Shown here piece by piece: positions 57,972-64,000 of a stretch of 64,000 bases of DNA; within the stretch, counting starts at the first letter, position 1, and each line of letters starts with the position of its first letter. The position numbers and the translations under genes are program-made. Source of the DNA: Candidatus Altimarinota bacterium (GTDB taxonomy: Bacteria > Patescibacteriota > Gracilibacteria > 1-14-2-50-48-13); contig JBKBWQ010000001.1 in assembly GCA_046314355.1 (NCBI GenBank), positions 64,001 to 128,000 of the forward strand, in the 5' to 3' direction. The notes beneath the pieces are model-generated. The model was not told the DNA's origin and made no database searches. It saw nothing but the letters and a program-made list of their open reading frames with translations.

Positions 57972-58763
57972 TTATAGAATTGATTCATTCAATTTCTTGT
58001 CATAATTCATAGATGACTGTTTTAAGAGAATGAATTTTAAGGATGCCTGAAGATTTTTACTGATGGTCGGACTCATCAGCACCGCACCGCTTAGTATATT
58101 CTGCTTTCTATCAATAAAAATAGTCATCTTCTCATCTAGGATAAAAATATCTGTGTCAAAGGGAAGCTGAGAGAGGCAATGCACCGGGATTGAATATTTT
58201 TTATCCAAGATGGATGCACTCTCTTGTCCACAGGTGTTTTGTTTAAAGAAAAAGCATGCTGGAGTAGTATGCTTTGTTAATTTCGGAAATACATAGTTAA
58301 TTAAATAGGGGATATAGCTTCCCTCAGTGTTATCCATCTGTGAAAGTATCAATAAAGACTCTGCTTTTACAATATCCGGGACGACACTTTTGAAACCTTC
58401 TATTCCTTGAAAGGATTTTACTTCTATTGGAGATAGATTTTGAAATTCTGGTATTTCAAGCAGCGTAATGGCTTCCCGGAGTTTATCCTGCATATCTTTC
58501 CATTCATCCTCCTTGCGGGAGGCAAACAGGAGAAGCTTTTCAGGATTATTAACACTAAAAAACTGCATTCCATTGCGGTAGCATGTTTGAGCTAGTCCCT
58601 TCTGAACGAGTTTTTTAAGAGTCATGTAGGTAGTGACCCGATTGAGACCTGTCTTCTCTGCAATAATACTCGCAGGCTGTGCTCCGATCTGTATTGCTGT
58701 AAGATAGATCTTGATCTCTTTCGGGCGGAAACCAATCTTCTTTAAAAGAGTAGAAAGTTCCAT
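57972..58763 (-). CDS. TrmB-family HTH transcriptional regulator
   Basis: LKKIGFRPKEIKIYL..ASIIAEKTGLNRVTTY..LVQKGL. Confidence 0.88.
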   Translation of the reverse strand: MELSTLLKKIGFRPKEIKIYLTAIQIGAQPASIIAEKTGLNRVTTYMTLKKLVQKGLAQTCYRNGMQFFSVNNPEKLLLFASRKEDEWKDMQDKLREAITLLEIPEFQNLSPIEVKSFQGIEGFKSVVPDIVKAESLLILSQMDNTEGSYIPYLINYVFPKLTKHTTPACFFFKQNTCGQESASILDKKYSIPVHCLSQLPFDTDIFILDEKMTIFIDRKQNILSGAVLMSPTISKNLQASLKFILLKQSSMNYDKKLNESIL

Positions 58764-58933
58764 GGGAGAGGGGGGAGGGGTTAGAAATCAAAAATATGTT
58801 TTTAACATAGCCACTGTACCTTTGCGAGTACTATTACTCAAAGAAAAGCATTAGAAACTAAAGATAAGAAATGTCCATATTTACTCTTTCTGTAAAGTGG
58901 ATACAATGAGCATATTTAAGGCTTTATACGAGT

Positions 58934-60028
58934 ATGAAACAGATTTGTATCATCGCAGACTGCATAGATGATCAGTATGCAGGTATCTATACTTATGCTA
59001 CGGAATTGATTCAGGAAATAGAAAAAAATACTCCTGAAGATATGTGGATAACTTATATTCATTACAAAGAGAATGATTTTTTTGATAATAAAAACCACTT
59101 GATCATTCCGATGGGAAAGAAGTTCCCGGGACGAAGTACCTTTAGAAAATTCTTTAGGCTACCTCATATTCTAAAAAAGAAAGGTTTCGATCTAGTGCAT
59201 GATCTCTATCATATAGCACCATTCCCTTTTAAAAAAACTCCATACAAAAAAGTGGTGACAATCCATGATCTGACACCAGTACTTTTTCCTGAATTTCATG
59301 TGCCGCAGGGAAGAATACAACATCTTATACTTCCGCTTGAGATCCGGAATGCAGATGGGATAATCACTGTTTCCGAGCATACAAAAAAAGATATTGAAAC
59401 GGTATACGGCAGAAAAGAAGCTGTAATAGCTATACCTCTTGCTGCAAGAAAGCTTGAAACTACGTTTGTTCCACAGGAAGAAAAATACATTTTATATGTA
59501 AGTACCATAGAACCTCGAAAAAATATTGGAGTTCTTATCCGTGCTTTTGAGGAGGTCAAAAAACAGGGATACTCAGGGAAACTGGTGCTGATAGGAAAAA
59601 AAGGATGGAAATGCGAACATATCTTTGAAATGATTGAAAAATCTGAATGGAAAGATGAGATTCTGTGGAAAGGCTATACTTCATCACAGGAACTTGGAGG
59701 GTACTTTTCTCATGCGGATGTTTTTGTATATCCTTCTCTCTATGAGGGGTTCGGTCTACCTGTATTAGAAGCAATGCAATATGGTATACCTGTTGTTACG
59801 GGTGATAATTCTAGTCTGAAAGAAGTGGTAGGTAAGGCTGGAATAGTATTTGATGTTCAAAATACTTCCCACCTATCTACTATACTTAAAAAGCTGCTTC
59901 TAGAAAAAGATAGTGAAAGTCTTCGCTTAGAATATGGTAAAAAATCTCTTGAAAGAGCTCAGCATTTTTCATGGAAGCAAACAGCTTTAAAAACCATTGA
60001 GGTATATAGAGCATTGTTAAAGAAGTGA
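58934..60028 (+). CDS. Glycosyltransferase family 4
   Basis: TIHDL, TVSEHTK, IEPRKN, PSLYEGFGLPVLEAM. Confidence 0.94.
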   Translation: MKQICIIADCIDDQYAGIYTYATELIQEIEKNTPEDMWITYIHYKENDFFDNKNHLIIPMGKKFPGRSTFRKFFRLPHILKKKGFDLVHDLYHIAPFPFKKTPYKKVVTIHDLTPVLFPEFHVPQGRIQHLILPLEIRNADGIITVSEHTKKDIETVYGRKEAVIAIPLAARKLETTFVPQEEKYILYVSTIEPRKNIGVLIRAFEEVKKQGYSGKLVLIGKKGWKCEHIFEMIEKSEWKDEILWKGYTSSQELGGYFSHADVFVYPSLYEGFGLPVLEAMQYGIPVVTGDNSSLKEVVGKAGIVFDVQNTSHLSTILKKLLLEKDSESLRLEYGKKSLERAQHFSWKQTALKTIEVYRALLKK

Positions 60029-60090
60029 TTTTTGGTTGAGTTTTAGTGTAGAAAGGCTACTATTCCTACAGTATTTTTTATGCGTCTACT

Positions 60091-60807
60091 ATGAAGGGAA
60101 TCATCCTTGCTGGAGGACGGGCAACACGTCTCCGCCCTGTAACACTTGTGACAAGTAAACAGCTCTTGCCGATCTATAATAAACCGATGATATATTATCC
60201 TATTGAAACTCTAAAGAGTGCAGGGATAACAGAAGTACTTATCATTGTAGCACCTGATAATGCTGGAGATTTCTTGAAACTGCTAGGCAGCGGAAAAGAG
60301 ATTGGGATGAAGTTCTCATACGAAGTGCAGGATAGTCCGAATGGTCTTGCTGAGGCGTTCTTAGTTGGTGAAAACTTTATTGGAGATGATGATGTTACTC
60401 TTATTTTAGGAGATAACTATTTTGATGCAGACTTTCATGAAGCAGTACAGACCTTTCAGTCTGGAGCAAGAGTATTTGCCTGCGAAGTGCCGGATCCTCA
60501 CCGCTATGGAGTGGTGGAATTTGATCAGCATATGAAAGCAGTAAGTATAGAAGAAAAGCCGACGAATCCTAAGTCTACATTCGCGGTGACTGGATTTTAT
60601 ATCTATGATAATTCAGTGATAGAAAAAGCGAAAACCCTTAAGCCATCTGCAAGAGGCGAGCTAGAAATTACAGATATTAATAATCTGTATTTAAATGAAG
60701 GTAATCTGGATGTTGCTTTAGTAAAAGGAAAATGGATGGATACAGGTACCTTTGAATCATGGTTTGAGACAAGTGCTTATGTACGTGATAAAGAATTACA
60801 AAAATAA
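60091..60807 (+). CDS. rfbA: Glucose-1-phosphate thymidylyltransferase (short form)
   Basis: GIILAGGRATRL, SKQLLPIYNKPM, LGDN, EEKP, PSARGELEITD, WMDTGT. Confidence 0.9.
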   Translation: MKGIILAGGRATRLRPVTLVTSKQLLPIYNKPMIYYPIETLKSAGITEVLIIVAPDNAGDFLKLLGSGKEIGMKFSYEVQDSPNGLAEAFLVGENFIGDDDVTLILGDNYFDADFHEAVQTFQSGARVFACEVPDPHRYGVVEFDQHMKAVSIEEKPTNPKSTFAVTGFYIYDNSVIEKAKTLKPSARGELEITDINNLYLNEGNLDVALVKGKWMDTGTFESWFETSAYVRDKELQK

Positions 60808-60814
60808 TCCTCGT

Positions 60815-61834
60815 ATGACAAACAAATCAACGGGAATTATTGTTCTTACCTATAATTCTGAAGCGGATATTAGAAACTGCATTTCCTCTATTCTTGCTCA
60901 AGATACAGAGATCTCTCTGATAGTGATTGATAATGCATCTCAGGATAATACATTGAAAATCGTAAAGGAATTTCCTGATGTAGAGCTCATAGAATCTAAG
61001 CAGAATTTGGGATTTTCTTGGGGGGTAAATACAGTGGCGAAGATCTTTTATGAACGTGGTTATGAAAATGCTGTATGTATCAATCCTGACACTACCATTG
61101 ATTCATCATGCATATCTGAGCTTTTAAAGACCAAAGAAAAATCAAAAGCAGGAATCGTACAGGCATCAGTGTATTTGCCGGATAGGACGCATGTAAACTC
61201 ACTTGGGAATGCTGTCCATTTTACAGGTATTTCGTACTGTCCTGAATATGGATCTACATTTAGATGCAGCAGTGACATAAATATAGCTGCTGCAAGCGGT
61301 GCCTGCATGCTTATGGACTTGCATTGCTGGAATAAGCTGGGAGGATTGAAAGAAGATTATTTTATGTACATGGAAGATACGGATCTTTCGTGGCGTATGA
61401 AATTAATTGATAAGCCCGTAATGCTCTCCGCAAAAGCATATTGCTATCATGACTATAGCCTGAGTTTGCCTTCATGGAAACTTGGCTATCTGGATAGAAA
61501 TAGAATACAGATGATTCTCGCGAACTATTCTCTAAGAACATTGCTTTTACTCCTTCCAGTACTCATTGTGTGTGAGATCGCTTTACTGCTCTGGAGTATA
61601 AAAAAGAGATATTTTCTGCAGAAAATCCATGGATACCTGCATATCGTGAAAAGACTGCCGGCAATTTTTCGAGAGCGTAGCAAGATAAAGGATATTCGAT
61701 TATTATCTGATAAGGATATATTTCGTATGATGGAAGTGGAACTTCATGTACCGGGTCTCAAAATACCGTTTCAATCTTTAGTAAACTGGTTGCTTCGAAA
61801 TTACGGAAGGATAATCTCTCCATTTTTGAAATAA
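60815..61834 (+). CDS. Glycosyltransferase family 2
   Basis: IIVLTYNS, VIDNASQD, NLGF, INPD, SGAC, FMYMEDTD; ATG at 60815. Confidence 0.92.
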   Translation: MTNKSTGIIVLTYNSEADIRNCISSILAQDTEISLIVIDNASQDNTLKIVKEFPDVELIESKQNLGFSWGVNTVAKIFYERGYENAVCINPDTTIDSSCISELLKTKEKSKAGIVQASVYLPDRTHVNSLGNAVHFTGISYCPEYGSTFRCSSDINIAAASGACMLMDLHCWNKLGGLKEDYFMYMEDTDLSWRMKLIDKPVMLSAKAYCYHDYSLSLPSWKLGYLDRNRIQMILANYSLRTLLLLLPVLIVCEIALLLWSIKKRYFLQKIHGYLHIVKRLPAIFRERSKIKDIRLLSDKDIFRMMEVELHVPGLKIPFQSLVNWLLRNYGRIISPFLK

Positions 61835-61904
61835 AAGAAGCTCTATTCTTGTTTATGTAAAGCACTTTTAGGCTTGCCAACAGTGATAATCCCGATAATA
61901 TAAA

Positions 61905-62723
61905 GTGTACATTTCTACCCCCATTTCTTCTGTGAAAAAGGTTCAACAAAATTATTGGTATACGGTCTGGATTCTTGCCAAAACAGATTTCAAACTTCGA
62001 TATAACGGTTCAATCCTTGGTATTCTTTGGGTAGTATTAAAGCCGCTTTTCATCTTTTCAATCCTAAACTTTGTATTCTCTCAATTATTTGGAGGATCTA
62101 AGGAATATTCTCTCTCACTTCTTACGGGACTCATTATTTGGAATTATTTTGCTGAGGGAACTATGGTAGGTATGGTCTCTTTGCTTCAGAAGGCGCATAT
62201 CATTACAAAGGTAAACCTGCCAAAGTGGATTGTGGTGTTTGCCTCTACACTAAATTCTCTCCTTACGTTTCTTCTCAATACACTAATCCTTGTATTTTTC
62301 TTTATTCTCTACGGAGTCTTTCCAAATATTTTTTCCATACTTACAGCTGTATTTTTCGCTTCACTTATTTTTATCTGGATCCTGGCTTTTTCTTTTCTCA
62401 CTTCTCCTCTCTTTCTCCGCTTCCGGGATCTCAATCAGATATGGGAAGTAATCTTAAATGCAGGTATCTATGCGGCACCAATTATTTACCCAATTACCAC
62501 TATACCTGAGGTATATAGAACTCTTCTCTATATTAATCCGGTAACTCTTATTCTGGTAAAGATCAAGGATGCTCTTTTTCATGGAAAAGAATATTTCTCT
62601 TTTATGGATGGTGTATTACTGATTGCTTCAAGCTGGTTGTATATACTTCTTTTAGTCTTAGTATTGGTAGGATCACTTTTATTCTTTCACCGTGCTTCTC
62701 GAGGAGCTGCAGAATATGTCTAA
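61905..62723 (+). CDS. Polysaccharide ABC exporter permease (Wzm)
   Basis: DFKLRYNGSILGILW, RFRDL..IWE, PIIYP, INP; GTG start. Confidence 0.9.
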   Translation: MYISTPISSVKKVQQNYWYTVWILAKTDFKLRYNGSILGILWVVLKPLFIFSILNFVFSQLFGGSKEYSLSLLTGLIIWNYFAEGTMVGMVSLLQKAHIITKVNLPKWIVVFASTLNSLLTFLLNTLILVFFFILYGVFPNIFSILTAVFFASLIFIWILAFSFLTSPLFLRFRDLNQIWEVILNAGIYAAPIIYPITTIPEVYRTLLYINPVTLILVKIKDALFHGKEYFSFMDGVLLIASSWLYILLLVLVLVGSLLFFHRASRGAAEYV

Positions 62724-63456
62724 AAAAGCCGTTATTCAGGTAGAAAATGTTGGAAAAAGCTTTGTTATTCCAAGCGAACATATCTCAAGTATCAGAGGTC
62801 ATTTTGTAAATATTTTCAAGAAAAAGAGCTATGAAACTTTTCATGCCTTATCGGATGTATCCTTTACGGTAAATGAGGGAGACTTCTTTGGAATTATTGG
62901 TAGAAATGGTTCTGGTAAATCAACGCTTTTGAAGCTCATAGCACAGATATACGAACCAAGTGAAGGAAAAATTACCATCAATGGAAAGATCTCACCTTTC
63001 CTAGAATTGGGAGTAGGCTTCAATCCCGAATTATCTGCGAGAGAGAATATTTATCTCAATGGTGCAATTCTTGGAATGCATAAAAAACAGATAGATGCTA
63101 TTTATGATGAGGTGATTGCGTTTTCAGAACTAGAGCAGTTCCAAAGCGTAAAACTCAAACATTTCTCTTCAGGAATGTATGTGCGTTTGGCTTTTACTGT
63201 GGCTATTCAAGCTCAGTCCGACATTCTTCTCATGGATGAAGTGCTGGCAGTAGGAGATCAGAGATTTCAGGAAAAGTGTTTTAAAGTATTTGAAGATCTT
63301 AAAGCTCAGGGTAAAACAATTATCTTTGTCTCACATGACATGGGAAATATTCAAAAATTCTGTAATAAAGTTGTAGTAATCGAAAAAGGAAATGTAGTGT
63401 ATCAGGGGGACAGTACTGAGGCTGCCGAGTATTATCACCGTCTTAATCATATCTAA
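62716..63456 (+). CDS. Polysaccharide ABC exporter ATPase (Wzt)
   Basis: GRNGSGKST, ELGVGFNPEL, FSSGM, MDEVLAVGD; ATG at 62716. Confidence 0.92.
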   Translation: MSKKAVIQVENVGKSFVIPSEHISSIRGHFVNIFKKKSYETFHALSDVSFTVNEGDFFGIIGRNGSGKSTLLKLIAQIYEPSEGKITINGKISPFLELGVGFNPELSARENIYLNGAILGMHKKQIDAIYDEVIAFSELEQFQSVKLKHFSSGMYVRLAFTVAIQAQSDILLMDEVLAVGDQRFQEKCFKVFEDLKAQGKTIIFVSHDMGNIQKFCNKVVVIEKGNVVYQGDSTEAAEYYHRLNHI

Positions 63457-63474
63457 GTAACTTGTATTTGTACT

Positions 63475-64000
63475 ATGAAGTGCGACATCATTATCCCTGT
63501 ATATAACGGCTATCACTTTCTAAAGGAATGTGTAGATTCTGTTATTGCTCACACAGATTTAAATCAATATAGAATTGTACTTATAGATGACTGCAGTACA
63601 GAGAAGGAGGCAGTGGAATATATGGATGCACTTGCACGGGATAATATTGCAACTCTGCTTCGAAATGAAGTAAATCTAGGATTTGTAGGAAGTGTAAATA
63701 AAGGGATGAAATGGAGTGAAATAGATGTGGTACTACTCAACAGTGATGCAGTTGTGACAAAAGGATGGATGGAAAAAATGTATGAATGTTACCAGAGTTA
63801 TCCAAATGTGGGATCTGTAACACCTCTGACAAATAACGGTACCGTGTGTTCAATTCCAAACTGGCTTGAGGATAATGCTATACCAGAGGGGCTTACCGCT
63901 GATTCTTATGCTGAGCTTGTAGAACGAATATCTCTGAGATCATACCCTCAGCTGCCGACGGCAGTAGGATTTTGTATGCTTATTGGCAGAAGATGTCTCG
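63475..64000 (+). CDS. Glycosyltransferase family 2, N-terminal part (3'-truncated by window edge)
   Basis: MKCDIIIPVYNG..IDDCS..NLGF..LLNSD..GFCM. Confidence 0.88.
   Translation, partial: MKCDIIIPVYNGYHFLKECVDSVIAHTDLNQYRIVLIDDCSTEKEAVEYMDALARDNIATLLRNEVNLGFVGSVNKGMKWSEIDVVLLNSDAVVTKGWMEKMYECYQSYPNVGSVTPLTNNGTVCSIPNWLEDNAIPEGLTADSYAELVERISLRSYPQLPTAVGFCMLIGRRCL

Overview
A gene-dense, AT-rich bacterial chromosome segment with about 72 CDS and 2 tRNAs, translated with code 11. It is most consistent with a Patescibacteria (CPR) genome of the Gracilibacteria/Peregrinibacteria type. That placement is my inference from the SLH proteins, the TrmB-type HTH regulator, the near-absence of Shine-Dalgarno sites and [S/T]G[S/A/T]-rich exported proteins. 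In order, the window holds: the typA 3' end, mscL and a four-gene carotenoid operon (crtI-crtB-crtE plus a LyeJ/CrtEb-like lycopene elongase, pointing to C45/C50 carotenoids); trmB and a complete F1Fo ATP synthase operon whose c-subunit has a Na+-type two-carboxylate signature; NhaD-like and CPA1 antiporters, phosphoketolase and acetate kinase; tRNA-Leu(CAG), then msrB/A and a PerR-Prx/Grx-disulfide reductase block; a divergent pair of Na+/Ca2+ exchangers, a Fic-HTH protein and an ABC-F ATPase with a candidate Thr-rich leader attenuator; tRNA-Asp(GTC), ruvA, murC, tsaB, rpe, rpiB, a stand-alone tandem RNAP alpha-CTD protein and recF; and the start of a wzm/wzt surface-polysaccharide cluster. 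I saw no CRISPR array, integrase, transposase or rRNA. The most notable non-coding signals are a shared structured element fused to the CCA end of both tRNAs, a perfect 14-bp inverted repeat bracketing the NhaD-like gene, and a family of degenerate palindromic intergenic repeats. All family assignments come from motif recognition, not database searches.
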